Source of the DNA: a virus
Taxonomy: Duplodnaviria > Caudoviricetes
DNA: 64,000 bases
Virus record (IMG/VR): IMGVR_UViG_2836968376_000001
Reading direction: 5' to 3' (one strand)
Under the pieces are notes generated by a model that saw only the letters and a program-made list of their open reading frames with translations, ran no database searches and had not been told where the DNA came from. Every line of letters starts with the position of its first letter. The first letter of the stretch is position 1. Both the position numbers and the translations under genes were made by a program. Below are positions 19,318 through 29,586 of the stretch, one piece after another.

Positions 19318-20259
19318 ATGGCAATCAACAGTTTTTCTGAAAAAGTAACAAAGTTTATCCCTATCCTTGACCTGATTTACGAGCAGGCTTCCGTAACGTC
19401 CGACATGGACGATGCGACGCTTGCGACGCAGTTCGTTGGAACCAACAAAATCAAACTGCCGAAGATTTCCGTTGACGGTGCTGGCAACTACGACCGTGAT
19501 ACCGGATACACTCAGGGCGCGGCTTCCGTAACCTGGGAGGAACACACACTACAGTATGACCGTGGCCGTAAGTTCCGTATCGACGTGATTGACAATGATG
19601 AAGTAGCGTTCGACCTTTATCGTCAGGTAGCGTCTGAATACGTGAGAACGAAAGAGGTTCCCGAAATTGACGCTGTTCGCTTCGCTGAAATCTACTCGGC
19701 GGCTACTCGCTCCGGCACCCTTGCGACAGTAGCAACAAAAGACCTTACGTCTTCCGACAGCATTATTTCCTTGTTCGATGTCGCGGAATCCGCCATGAAT
19801 GAAAAAGATGTTCCGCAGGAAGGACGCGTTCTGTACGTCACCAACGAAGTTTACCGGATGCTGAAATCCGATGCTGCCATTTCCCGCCGTATCGACGTTG
19901 GTCAGGCGAATACAGACATTGACCGCCGCATTGAAATGCTAGACGGAATTACGCCTATCGTGAAAGTACCGCAGACCCGTTTCAACAGCCTTATCCAGTT
20001 GAATGATGGTACTACGGCTGGCCAGACTGCGGGCGGGTTCCAGACGATTACGGGCAACAAACCGATCAACTTCGTGTATGCATTGAAGTCCGCGATTCAT
20101 GCGGTGATTAAGCGCAATGCCGACAAGATCATTACTCCTGATGCGAACCAGTCCGCCGATGCTTATGACATCTTCTATCGTATGCACCATGACCTGATTG
20201 TCAAGGACAACGAAACCGCCGGTATTTACATTCATACCAAGGCAACCGCACAGGCGTAA
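19318..20259 (+). CDS. Major capsid protein
   Basis: K.PKI..DG.G.YDR..GY, L.YDRG..F.ID..D, PE.DA.RF; follows scaffold. Confidence 0.9.
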   Translation: MAINSFSEKVTKFIPILDLIYEQASVTSDMDDATLATQFVGTNKIKLPKISVDGAGNYDRDTGYTQGAASVTWEEHTLQYDRGRKFRIDVIDNDEVAFDLYRQVASEYVRTKEVPEIDAVRFAEIYSAATRSGTLATVATKDLTSSDSIISLFDVAESAMNEKDVPQEGRVLYVTNEVYRMLKSDAAISRRIDVGQANTDIDRRIEMLDGITPIVKVPQTRFNSLIQLNDGTTAGQTAGGFQTITGNKPINFVYALKSAIHAVIKRNADKIITPDANQSADAYDIFYRMHHDLIVKDNETAGIYIHTKATAQA

Positions 20260-20270
20260 GGGGGAAAATA

Positions 20271-20414
20271 ATGACTTACGTTAAGCGAAGGGGAATGGTT
20301 CTTCTTGTGGACGATTCCCAGGTAACGAAATACACCGGAGAAGGATTCGAAGTGCTGAACCCGGACGAGCAGAAAAAGGAAGCCGGTGCAAAGGATGGCA
20401 AAAACAGTAAGTGA
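20271..20414 (+). CDS. Small protein after capsid (47 aa, not in ORF track)
   Basis: MTYVKRRGMVLLVDD..; GGGGG RBS, fills gap. Confidence 0.55.
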   Translation: MTYVKRRGMVLLVDDSQVTKYTGEGFEVLNPDEQKKEAGAKDGKNSK

Positions 20415-20754
20415 TGTATTGACGGAGTGGACGGCGCGCGGCTATATAGCAACATCGCCGTCCGCCGATGATACGGCGAAATACACATCTTTCATCAATC
20501 AGGCCCTGCAAAGCATTTGCGCATACTGCAAACTTCCGCAAGACATGACCGGCTTACCCGATGGCTTGTTCTATGCGTGGGTTGAAATCTCATGGTCAAT
20601 TTTTAAAGGCGGCGTATTCCAGCAATCAAGCGGTACAGTTAAGTCGGTTTCAGAGGGCGATACGTCGGTAACGTTCAATACGGATACGAACAAAGCAACG
20701 GCTCCGATTATTGACTATTCTTCCACGTTAAACGCATTCAGAAGGTTGTGGTAG
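20395..20754 (+). CDS. Head-tail connector (adaptor)
   Basis: I..YC..LP.GL, VKSVSEGDTSVTF, LN.FRR. Confidence 0.85.
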   Translation: MAKTVSDVLTEWTARGYIATSPSADDTAKYTSFINQALQSICAYCKLPQDMTGLPDGLFYAWVEISWSIFKGGVFQQSSGTVKSVSEGDTSVTFNTDTNKATAPIIDYSSTLNAFRRLW

Positions 20755-20755
20755 T

Positions 20756-21112
20756 ATGAATTTACCAATAGATACTATCGCAAGCTGTAAATCGGTCATG
20801 CAAGCACAGTGGGACGATTACGCGACGGTGACACGGGATGTAGATGTAAACCAGTCTACAGAGACACAAACGGTTTACGAAAACATTTTATGTCACCTGT
20901 CCGAAAAGTCTGCGCCGGTTCTCAATACCGACAATGCGGCCGCAATGACGGAACCCGTTTTTACTTTGCTTGTCGATACTGCCGTAACGCTTAAGCAGAG
21001 CGATTCAATTACGGTGTTGCACAAAGGTCAAACGTTTACCGGACTTGCTGGGCTTCCGTTTAACCGCACATTCTCGAACAGCGTTGTGCTATCCGGGGTG
21101 AAAATATCATGA
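20756..21112 (+). CDS. Head-closure protein
   Basis: Synteny; VYENI.C.LS motif. Confidence 0.7.
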   Translation: MNLPIDTIASCKSVMQAQWDDYATVTRDVDVNQSTETQTVYENILCHLSEKSAPVLNTDNAAAMTEPVFTLLVDTAVTLKQSDSITVLHKGQTFTGLAGLPFNRTFSNSVVLSGVKIS

Positions 21113-21531
21113 GCGTTATTGGATTTCAGCAGTACATGGAGCAACTAAAGCAATTGGGAGCTGACCTTGACGATAGCGCACAGCGCGTTTTGTCTCAAAT
21201 GAACGCAAAGGCAATGGCAGAAACGATTAAGCAGACACCCGTAGGGAAATACCCAAAGGGAAGCGGCAAAGTAGGAGGTACGCTACGCAAAGGTTGGATT
21301 AACGGCGGAACTCATAAAGTAGGAAACGGGCACGAGAGCAAATATCACAATAGTGTGTACTATTCGCTTTATGTAAACAATGGGCACCGCATCGTCAGCA
21401 AAAAAGGCGAAACGACCGGATGGGTAGATGGAATTAGGATGCTGGAATACGGCCAAAATTCCGCTCAAGAATCAGCGCAATCTATTTTCAATAAAGAAAT
21501 TCAGCGAGTAAAGAAGAAAGGCGGGTGGTAA
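21109..21531 (+). CDS. HK97 gp10-family neck protein
   Basis: TPVG..GGTLR.GW..Y..YV..GHR..GWV.G..ML. Confidence 0.85.
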   Translation: MSVIGFQQYMEQLKQLGADLDDSAQRVLSQMNAKAMAETIKQTPVGKYPKGSGKVGGTLRKGWINGGTHKVGNGHESKYHNSVYYSLYVNNGHRIVSKKGETTGWVDGIRMLEYGQNSAQESAQSIFNKEIQRVKKKGGW

Positions 21532-21532
21532 T

Positions 21533-22015
21533 GTGACTATTCCAACCAATATATGGTTTAACCCGAGTTTGAACGCTCGGAGGCTTGCAAGCACATTAAC
21601 CATCGCTGACAATCTTTTGATAGGGACCGCCGTTGTTATGGCAAACCTGTTTCCGACTATGAAAGTTGATATAGGGAACCGAAAGTCCGGGGTAAGCCCT
21701 CCTGAGCTTGCGGTTAATCTTTATCAGCAGCAGAATTCAAAGCGGCTGGCAGACACAGACGAATTTACTTTTGGCCTTGAAATAACCTATATTCCAAAAG
21801 ATTCAACAGATCGTGCTGAGATTTCTCACACGATTTTTTTATTGCTTCAAAACCTTGACGTGATTCCTTCCGACATCGGCACGTTTCGGATGCTTGATAA
21901 AAGCTCGGACATTACCGACGGATTAGGACACGTGACCGGAAACGTCACGGCGTGGGAGATCCTGCCTGACGATTCCGCAATTATCCAGAAAGCTACAAAG
22001 GAGGTTAACATATGA
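21533..22015 (+). CDS. Tail terminator (XkdJ-like)
   Basis: Position immediately before sheath; size. Confidence 0.65.
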   Translation: MTIPTNIWFNPSLNARRLASTLTIADNLLIGTAVVMANLFPTMKVDIGNRKSGVSPPELAVNLYQQQNSKRLADTDEFTFGLEITYIPKDSTDRAEISHTIFLLLQNLDVIPSDIGTFRMLDKSSDITDGLGHVTGNVTAWEILPDDSAIIQKATKEVNI

Positions 22016-23289
22016 TCCAGATTTTACCCGGAACAAACGTTACAGTTCAGGCTGGGGAACGTGCGGCGGAGCTTGTCGCAACTGGTATCGTTGCTATGCC
22101 ATTCGCCTTGAATTGGGGCGATACGGTGACGGAGATCAATGCCAGCGATGACACGCTTTATTCGCTCGGATACAAACGCTCTGATTATACCGGCGCTGGA
22201 ATGAAACTCGTTGCCGAAGTTCTTCACAGTGCAGATAAATTGATTCTTTATCGGTCGAATACCGATGGCGGTGTAAAGGCTACTGGAACAGTAGTAACCG
22301 GAATTACGGCAACAGCAAAGTATGTCGGTACCCTTGGCAATGACATCACTGTGACGGTAACGGCAAGCGGCGAGTCCTGGGTGATCAAAACATTGGTTGG
22401 AACTACTGAGATTGATTCTCAGATAGTTACCGATGAATCGGAATTCGTCGCAAATGATTTCATTTCAGTCTCAGGCACCGGCACGCTTGCGGCGGCTTCG
22501 GTCAAACTGACCGGCGGCACAAACGGTACTCCACGCTCCACAGAGGCGGATTTGTGGCTTGCAGAGATGGAGAAGTACACATTCAATGTAATCGCCTACT
22601 GCGGAAGCACGGCGGCAACAATTACCGCGCTTCGCGCATTTGTAGCGGATCAGAGAGCAAAGAACAACATGATTCAGGCCGTAATGAGCGGCGTTGCTGC
22701 GGACAATGTTGCCATTTACAATAATACCGTGGGCGGAGGCCCTGACGATTACGATCTGTCTGCGTTGGAGGCATGCTCCACAATTGCGGGACTGGTTGCC
22801 GAAGTCGGGATTACAGGCAGTTTGACCCACCACCAAATCAGTTGGTGGACAAAAGTTAGTCCCAGCCTTACGCATACGCAGCAGGAAACCGCCGTGCAGA
22901 GCGGGCAGCTGATTGTCGCATTGATTTATGGTGTCCCCACCGTCGTGTATGACATCAATTCACTGGTTACATACACCGACGAGGCCCCGAAGGATTTCCA
23001 CAAAGGGCTGATTATGCGGACGCTTGACAACTACGCTATGAATCTGCAAAAGCTCCTGGACACGAAGTGCATCGGCAAGATCAGGAACAGCGTAGAGGGT
23101 CGCGCTCAGATCAAAGCGAAAGTCGTAAAACTCACTACTGAAAATTATCTGAATCCCGGTTATCTGGAAGATTTCACCGCAGACGATGTAACAATCAATG
23201 CCGGAACCGATTCCGACAGCGTTGTTGCAACGGCAAACATCAAAGTCGCTGATACGGTGGATAAGATTCAGATCACCGTTATTGCGTAA
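22012..23289 (+). CDS. Contractile tail sheath (XkdK-like)
   Basis: LPG..V, G.VAMP..L.WG, TAKY.G..GN, DINSL, DF.K...R.LD, GK..N..GR. Confidence 0.9.
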   Translation: MIQILPGTNVTVQAGERAAELVATGIVAMPFALNWGDTVTEINASDDTLYSLGYKRSDYTGAGMKLVAEVLHSADKLILYRSNTDGGVKATGTVVTGITATAKYVGTLGNDITVTVTASGESWVIKTLVGTTEIDSQIVTDESEFVANDFISVSGTGTLAAASVKLTGGTNGTPRSTEADLWLAEMEKYTFNVIAYCGSTAATITALRAFVADQRAKNNMIQAVMSGVAADNVAIYNNTVGGGPDDYDLSALEACSTIAGLVAEVGITGSLTHHQISWWTKVSPSLTHTQQETAVQSGQLIVALIYGVPTVVYDINSLVTYTDEAPKDFHKGLIMRTLDNYAMNLQKLLDTKCIGKIRNSVEGRAQIKAKVVKLTTENYLNPGYLEDFTADDVTINAGTDSDSVVATANIKVADTVDKIQITVIA

Positions 23290-23302
23290 GGAGGCGTAAA
23301 GA

Positions 23303-23743
23303 ATGAACAAAGAGAATTTACAGGATATTCCTTCTGGCCATGATGGGAAAGCGTACTTTACGCTGGACGGTGACCGGCTGGAAGCATTCCGAATCGCAAA
23401 GATTGAGGGCCGTGTAGAAACCACCAAAGAAGATAAAATGTTTCTCGGCTCCAGAACGCAGCAGCATGCCGTAAGAGGCATGAATATTACGGGGGACTTA
23501 TCTTATTACAATGTGTCAAACGCGTTCGCAAAGGCGTGGAGAAACTACAAAAACGGCGGAGACGTACCCGATATTGAATTGCAGTATTACTCCGATGCCG
23601 GTACAGACAACTCAAACCGCGTCGAGGTTCAAATGACCGGCGTTATCCCGGATAAAATTTCATTTGGCATTCTGGACGATTCCAGCACCGACGCACAAAA
23701 ATTGGACTGTACCTATACCGCGAACGATTTTGATGTACTTTAA
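23303..23743 (+). CDS. Tail tube protein (XkdM-like)
   Basis: SG..G.AY.T.DG, LG.R..QH..G..ITG; follows sheath. Confidence 0.85.
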   Translation: MNKENLQDIPSGHDGKAYFTLDGDRLEAFRIAKIEGRVETTKEDKMFLGSRTQQHAVRGMNITGDLSYYNVSNAFAKAWRNYKNGGDVPDIELQYYSDAGTDNSNRVEVQMTGVIPDKISFGILDDSSTDAQKLDCTYTANDFDVL

Positions 23744-23752
23744 GGAGGACAT

Positions 23753-24142
23753 ATGGATAAAACCCTAGAAAGCTTCTTGCACCCGCACAGAAAACCTAAT
23801 TTGAAAGTCCGACTGAAAGGATTCGATGAAGAATTTGAATTTCGGCAGCTTTCTGCAAACGAGGGAATCGAAGTTGCAAAGGATTCGGCAAGCAAAGATT
23901 TACCCGGTTCTTTGCCGCTTGTTCCGACGATGGCCGCCGCTATGGTAAAACCGAATCTGCGGAGCAAGGAACTGCAAGACGCGCTCTCCGAAAAATGCGG
24001 CCACAAAATCATGGAGCCTTATGACGCATTGATCGAACTGATTACCGATTCAGAACTTGCCGAACTGATGAAAGCGTATAGCGATTTCGTCAATGCAAAT
24101 GCTGACTTCATGGACGGGGTAAAAGAAGCAAAAAACGCATAG
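23753..24142 (+). CDS. Tail assembly chaperone (XkdN-like) with -1 frameshift extension to 24318
   Basis: PNL..KELQD motif, ends EAKN; slippery A AAA AAC at 24130-24136. Confidence 0.85.
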   Translation: MDKTLESFLHPHRKPNLKVRLKGFDEEFEFRQLSANEGIEVAKDSASKDLPGSLPLVPTMAAAMVKPNLRSKELQDALSEKCGHKIMEPYDALIELITDSELAELMKAYSDFVNANADFMDGVKEAKNA

Positions 24143-24317
24143 AGGGAAGCTGCCGGGGACATGGTGATGGAATGTGGGCTTACGCTCACTTGGTATTCCA
24201 GAACCACAGCATTTTACCGGCGACTTTCCTCAATCTTCCTGTTGTTGACCTGACCATGCAACGTGCGTTTATAGTAGCAAGTGACCTTGTGGCGCAAGAA
24301 CACATGAGAGAGAAATA

Positions 24318-24345
24318 AAAGCGGTGGGAGTTAACCCGCCGCTTT
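24318..24345. terminator. Bidirectional terminator-like hairpin
   Basis: AAAGCGGTGGG-AGTTAA-CCCGCCGCTTT between convergent genes. Confidence 0.6.
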
Positions 24346-24526
24346 ATTCGTTGTAAGTTAGCGTTATTGTTTTTGCAACCATTGAACCATTGTACACCGG
24401 AGCAGAAACAGGAACAACACTGATTATATTTTCAGCAGAAATATTATTTTCCTTAATAAAACTATTCACCATTTTATCAAGGTTTGTGTGAAACATAGTT
24501 TGCTTAAATGTTTTTACCTTAACCAT
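24344..24526 (-). CDS. Antisense AT-rich moron, 60 aa
   Basis: AGGAGA RBS; MVKVKTF..NLDKMVNSFIKEN..L.Y. Confidence 0.7.
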   Translation of the reverse strand: MVKVKTFKQTMFHTNLDKMVNSFIKENNISAENIISVVPVSAPVYNGSMVAKTITLTYNE

Positions 24527-24589
24527 ATATTCCCATCTCCTTTTATAAAAGGATATCACAAAAAAATCACCATGTAAAGGGGTGATAGC

Positions 24590-26080
24590 TTGGCAAATAC
24601 ATTAGAATCCATTATGCGGCTTACAGATCAGTACACCGCAACTATGAGCAAAATCATTAATTCCGCGCAGCAAGGCGAAAAAGCGACAGAAAACGCATCT
24701 AAAGGCGCAAAAACGCTTGGGGAAGCGTTTCGAAACATCCAACCACAAACTGTAAGCGCGGCAACTGGAATTACAGGCATAACCGGAAAACTTGCAACCA
24801 TGATTTCTACGGTTTATCTCGCCCGTAAAGCGTTCGGGTTTTTAAAAGAATCTATCCAGACGGCGGCGACACAGCAAATCCAGCAAACTACACTCCAATC
24901 ACTGATGGGAAACAAGCAGTTAGGTACAGACCTTTATCAGTTTGTTTCAGCATACGCCAGCAAATCAGCTCTTGACCGTGAAAATTTATCTTCTGCAACA
25001 ACTTCTTTTTTGGCGTACACCAAAAATATTAATCAGCTTCAACAGCTTCTTGACCTGACTCAGCGCCTTTATTTGTTCAACCCGGCGCAGGGAGCCGAGG
25101 GCGCAGTATTTGCTTTGAAAGAAGTCTTGTCCGGTCAGACAATGAGCCTTAGAAACCGATTTAACATGACTGGAATTTCAGCCGATACAATTCAGAAAAA
25201 CTTTCAAAAAGGCGATATTGCTGGGACGATTTCCTATCTTGACAAAGAATTTAATAAATTTGGTGCTACGCAAGGCGTTGTTGATGCGAATTTTAAAAGC
25301 CTTTCTGTACAGGCAGAATTATTCAAAACAAACCTAATGTCGGCTATTGGGGACCAATCTAATGGAGCTGTACAAAGCTTATCCGGCACATTCCAGCAAC
25401 TAAACGCAGATATGGACGCTGGAAAATTTCAACCATTTTTTAACGTTATGGCGCAGGGAACGCAAATGCTTGGACAAGGACTTTCATGGATTGCACAAAA
25501 CGCCTATATTTTGGTCCCTGCCGTTGGCGGAGTAGTAACTGCACTTGTAGTATTTAATTCCGCTATGATGGTTGCCCGGACGGTTGCACTATTAACCGGA
25601 ACAACAGTTAGTCTTGTGGCTGGTCAATGGATTACGGCGGCTGCGCTTATTGCAGGAGCAGCGGCAACGATTGGGATAGCTTCTTCACTTTCAAAGCAAA
25701 ATGACGATTTGAAAAAATCTGCCGCGACGTTATCTGATGTTAAATCTTCCGCAGCAAAGTTCGCCGCCGAACAAAAAAAGCTCGGCGCTTCCACACTTGG
25801 AAATTCTACGCAATTTGGATCCATTCCTACCACAATAAATAACAAAGACCCGATCAAAGTATCCGGCACGGTAGAAATCGAAAAAGAAAACCTGAAATAT
25901 GTCTTTGAGGCATCGGCGGCTAAGTTCTTCGCGACGTTCAACGCGCAGAAAATTGAACCGTCCGTAAACATTGCGAACCAAACGGTAAATAAAACCGCTG
26001 ACCTAGACGAGGTAGACGGCTATCTAGGGAATCTTCTCGCAGGTCGCGCTTCTGCCTCCGCCGGAGGTAAAATGCTATGA
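24590..26080 (+). CDS. Tape measure protein (short)
   Basis: L.D.YT..M N-terminus, Ala/Gln-rich helices, hydrophobic segment; after chaperone. Confidence 0.85.
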   Translation: MANTLESIMRLTDQYTATMSKIINSAQQGEKATENASKGAKTLGEAFRNIQPQTVSAATGITGITGKLATMISTVYLARKAFGFLKESIQTAATQQIQQTTLQSLMGNKQLGTDLYQFVSAYASKSALDRENLSSATTSFLAYTKNINQLQQLLDLTQRLYLFNPAQGAEGAVFALKEVLSGQTMSLRNRFNMTGISADTIQKNFQKGDIAGTISYLDKEFNKFGATQGVVDANFKSLSVQAELFKTNLMSAIGDQSNGAVQSLSGTFQQLNADMDAGKFQPFFNVMAQGTQMLGQGLSWIAQNAYILVPAVGGVVTALVVFNSAMMVARTVALLTGTTVSLVAGQWITAAALIAGAAATIGIASSLSKQNDDLKKSAATLSDVKSSAAKFAAEQKKLGASTLGNSTQFGSIPTTINNKDPIKVSGTVEIEKENLKYVFEASAAKFFATFNAQKIEPSVNIANQTVNKTADLDEVDGYLGNLLAGRASASAGGKML

Positions 26081-26898
26081 CATTTCATTACTATGTGTCC
26101 TTCGGAGGGTTCTCCCTTTACGCGGTGGAATCCGTCCAAGACAAAAACGGGCGTGATCTTGAAACATACGACGGGGTAGGGGCGGGGAAGTTTAATGTTC
26201 CAAATGCGAAAGACCCGGAAACGTGGTCTATTCAATGCCAACTATATGAGAATGCGACAGAGGCTTCAAAGTATAACCAATGGAGAGCATCAGAAATATT
26301 CAATGCATGTAAATCTTTGCTAGGAAACACAACAGACCCTTCCCGCCTTGTCATAACAAACATTCGCAATTCATCCGCTAACCTGTCAGTATTGGCCTGG
26401 TTCAAATCCTATGATTCGCAGGAAACCTCTCCGGGGGTTTACACCGTCACATTTGAACTGGAGGAATACAAGCCTGTCGGCGTGAAAACGACGAACATAC
26501 CGACGGTAGCGCGTCCCGGAAAAGTGCCAACTCCGCCTAAAGTAACTCTTTCATCAAGCAATACGGCATATAAAAATTATAAAAAGACCGGCGTCGGAAC
26601 AAAAACAGACGCGGAGATTTATAAAAGCAAAGCGGCTATTCAGGAAAAAAAGCACGATTATCTTACCCTAAAAAGCAGTGGGAAGCCGGTAACAAATGCG
26701 GCGACAGTAAAGCCTGGAACGATTTACGCGCCAAAGACCGTGAATAATATTTCCCCATACTCCGGCGCAACTGGCAACAGTGTGAGCGCCAAAGCACAGT
26801 TGCAGGGCGTAGCCGCCGTTGTGAGTGGCGCAGGTACGGCAATCAAAAACGCTTATTATGATGCTGTCAGTTGGCTTGACAAGAAGCTGAACGGGTGA
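26077..26898 (+). CDS. XkdP-like tail tube initiator
   Basis: Synteny; Y...L.EYK motif, Pro/Thr linker. Confidence 0.65.
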   Translation: MTFHYYVSFGGFSLYAVESVQDKNGRDLETYDGVGAGKFNVPNAKDPETWSIQCQLYENATEASKYNQWRASEIFNACKSLLGNTTDPSRLVITNIRNSSANLSVLAWFKSYDSQETSPGVYTVTFELEEYKPVGVKTTNIPTVARPGKVPTPPKVTLSSSNTAYKNYKKTGVGTKTDAEIYKSKAAIQEKKHDYLTLKSSGKPVTNAATVKPGTIYAPKTVNNISPYSGATGNSVSAKAQLQGVAAVVSGAGTAIKNAYYDAVSWLDKKLNG

Positions 26899-26902
26899 TG
26901 CT

Positions 26903-27865
26903 ATGCTGACGATTAACGGCGAAGATGTATCCGAAATTGCATGTAATGTCAAATATGAAACACGCTGGAACGACGGGGCCGGGAAGTTTACGTTTGAATA
27001 TCCTGCGGCGCTTGGGAAACTTTACCCAAACGGTTCAACAGTCATTTTCTATTTCGGCTCCGTCAATGTGTTTTACGGGTTCCTTTTTTCCACAAAAAAA
27101 GACAACAAAAAATATTCCTGTACGGCATACGATCAACTGCGCTATTTTAAAAGCTCAAATTCAATCATCCGGCCTAACGGAACGACGCTGACAAGCTGGG
27201 TAAACACGGTAGCCTATGATTGCGGGGACCGGATCAGGCTTGGCACGATAGAAAGCACGGAATATCAGCTTGGAAAGTATCTTTATGACAACAAATCCCA
27301 CCTGGATATGATCTATATGTCGATTCAAGACAACCTTGTCGGGAATGGATATTGGTACGTCTTCCGTGACAGCTTCGGCGCGCTGGAACTGCGGGATATT
27401 TACAATCTTCGGCTGCCTATCATCATCGGGGACGGATCGCTTGCGAAGGATTACGAATACGAAAAGTCGATTGACAGCGACACCTATAATTTCGCGGTTG
27501 TGGCAAAAGACGATTCCAGTAAAGGGGTACGGAATACTTACGTTGCAAAGGACGATAGCACCATTAAAAAATGGGGTAAACTGATGATCTATGACAAGGT
27601 TTCCGCAGACCTGAACGACGCGCAGCTTGCTTCCCGTGCCAACCGGCTTCTCGGGATCAAAAACCGTGAGACTGAAACGCTGGAAAACGTCGATTGCGCC
27701 GGAGATTCAAGGGTAATGGCCGGAAACAGTATCCGCGTGGTTATTTCATCCATTGGCCTTGACGCCTGGGCTGTTGTAGATCACGCGGTACATGAATACA
27801 AAAGCACGGAACATACGATGAAACTTGACCTAATGTTTTCATATGCAGGAACGGCGGTGAGCTGA
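26903..27865 (+). CDS. XkdQ-like baseplate hub
   Basis: F.G.LF, TAYDQLRY.K, Y...D.FG.L, Y.KSID..TYN, I..WG.L. Confidence 0.9.
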   Translation: MLTINGEDVSEIACNVKYETRWNDGAGKFTFEYPAALGKLYPNGSTVIFYFGSVNVFYGFLFSTKKDNKKYSCTAYDQLRYFKSSNSIIRPNGTTLTSWVNTVAYDCGDRIRLGTIESTEYQLGKYLYDNKSHLDMIYMSIQDNLVGNGYWYVFRDSFGALELRDIYNLRLPIIIGDGSLAKDYEYEKSIDSDTYNFAVVAKDDSSKGVRNTYVAKDDSTIKKWGKLMIYDKVSADLNDAQLASRANRLLGIKNRETETLENVDCAGDSRVMAGNSIRVVISSIGLDAWAVVDHAVHEYKSTEHTMKLDLMFSYAGTAVS

Positions 27866-28104
27866 TGGACTTATACAACGCGATCAAACAGATTGTTGAT
27901 GAATATCTGGCTGTCTATCAGCCGGCAGATTTAGTTTATGGAATTTGGGGCGCATCCAGCGTGAAGATTGACGGAAAGCCTATGTCTGTACCTATTGACA
28001 TGGTGGACGTACCGGAAGGAACAACCGTCACAATTGGGAAACGCGTCACGCTGATGATGAAGCAGGGCGGTCAAAAGTACGCATTGATCGGGGTGTTGGG
28101 ATGA
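27865..28104 (+). CDS. XkdR-like (DUF2577) spike protein
   Basis: G..V.L...QGGQKY. Confidence 0.8.
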   Translation: MDLYNAIKQIVDEYLAVYQPADLVYGIWGASSVKIDGKPMSVPIDMVDVPEGTTVTIGKRVTLMMKQGGQKYALIGVLG

Positions 28105-28496
28105 GTGTTTTAAAAACCTACGGATTAGAAACAGAAGATATCTTCCATCCATCAAAAACGTGGAAAATAGACGGGGACCATATCTATGGCACGGCTGACG
28201 GAATCGATGCAGTGTTACAGGCCGTACAACTCATTTTATCCGTAGAGCGATTCGAGTATCCGATTTATTCAACGGACTACGGGATGGAATCGTCAGACCT
28301 GATCGGAAAAAGCCGTGAATATGTCAGCGGAGATTTGCAGCGCAGAATATCTGAAACGTTGGCAGAGGACGACCGCATAACCGGAATTTCTAATTTCGAT
28401 ATCACGTTTTCCGGTGAAACCGCAACAGCCACATTTACCGTAAATACCATATTCGGAAATATAGAAAATCAGGAGGTGACGGTGCAAAATGGCTAG
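28101..28496 (+). CDS. XkdS-like (DUF2634) baseplate wedge protein
   Basis: DG..AV.QA...L..ERF.Y.IYS.DYG.E, DDRI, FTV.T.FG. Confidence 0.9.
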   Translation: MSVLKTYGLETEDIFHPSKTWKIDGDHIYGTADGIDAVLQAVQLILSVERFEYPIYSTDYGMESSDLIGKSREYVSGDLQRRISETLAEDDRITGISNFDITFSGETATATFTVNTIFGNIENQEVTVQNG

Positions 28497-29586
28497 TCTT
28501 CCGTCTATAGATGATTACGATTACAACACGATTTTATCTGAAATGCTTGCGCTGGTCCCTGACACGGTTGACAAACGGGAAGGAAGTATTATTTATAACA
28601 CTTTGTCCCCCTGTGCGTTCCTGATGGCGCAGCAGTCCTATATGATTGCCTACCTGATGGCCTTGATGTTTGCTGACACGGCGGAAGAGGAATGGCTGGA
28701 CCGGGTTGTTACAGATTTTGGCGTTACGCGCGAAGCAGCTACTTACGCCGTTCGGCAGATCAATTTATTTGACAGCTCCGGCGCGGCAATGGATGCGGCA
28801 ATAGGCAACCGATTTCAAATTAACGATGTTTCATTCGCGCTGACTGAAAAAATCACCACAGGCCAATATAAGGCCACTTGCGAACAGGCCGGTTCTTCCG
28901 GCAATCTGTATTCCGGGGCAATTCTTAACGCAGACAACATCAATAATTTTGGGAGCGCCACATTGATAGCGACTCCCTTAATTTCCGCCCGTGATGATGA
29001 AACGGACGATGATTTAAGGACAAGATTTTATGAAAAGGTCCGCCAATCCGCTTTTGGCGGCAACATTGCGGATTATGAAGAAAAAGTCCTTGCAATTGAT
29101 GGAGTGGGTGCCGTTGAAGTATTTCCGGCGCATATCATGGGGACCGCCGGAGCCGTTGGACTCGTCATAGGCGACGAAGACGGCAAAACCGCATCAAGCA
29201 CATTAGTGAATACCGTTCAGACCGAAATGGGAACGGACGGCGACGGGATCGCCCCAATCGGGCATACGGTTACGGTCGAAACATCAACGGATCTGACGAT
29301 TGATGTTTCCGCCGAGATACAGATCAAGACCGGATCTAGCTTCGCCACAATCCAGCCTGTGGTTGTTCAGGCGATCACAGATTATATTAACGCTGTCGGG
29401 TTTAAAGACCCGACAATTTTTTATGCCAAACTTCAAGCGGCGATCCTAGACAGCCACAGCGATATTGTAGATATCGGCGCGGTTACGATCAATGGAGCAG
29501 CACAGAATCTTGCATTGTCAAAAACATTCGCGTCGTATCAGGTTCCGGTGGTCGGCACGATCACGGTCACGGAGGTGTCTGGCTGA
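28489..29586 (+). CDS. Baseplate J/XkdT protein
   Basis: DKREGS.IY, CE.AG..GN, E.DD.LR.R, GGN..DY, G.APIGH.VTV. Confidence 0.95.
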   Translation: MASLPSIDDYDYNTILSEMLALVPDTVDKREGSIIYNTLSPCAFLMAQQSYMIAYLMALMFADTAEEEWLDRVVTDFGVTREAATYAVRQINLFDSSGAAMDAAIGNRFQINDVSFALTEKITTGQYKATCEQAGSSGNLYSGAILNADNINNFGSATLIATPLISARDDETDDDLRTRFYEKVRQSAFGGNIADYEEKVLAIDGVGAVEVFPAHIMGTAGAVGLVIGDEDGKTASSTLVNTVQTEMGTDGDGIAPIGHTVTVETSTDLTIDVSAEIQIKTGSSFATIQPVVVQAITDYINAVGFKDPTIFYAKLQAAILDSHSDIVDIGAVTINGAAQNLALSKTFASYQVPVVGTITVTEVSG

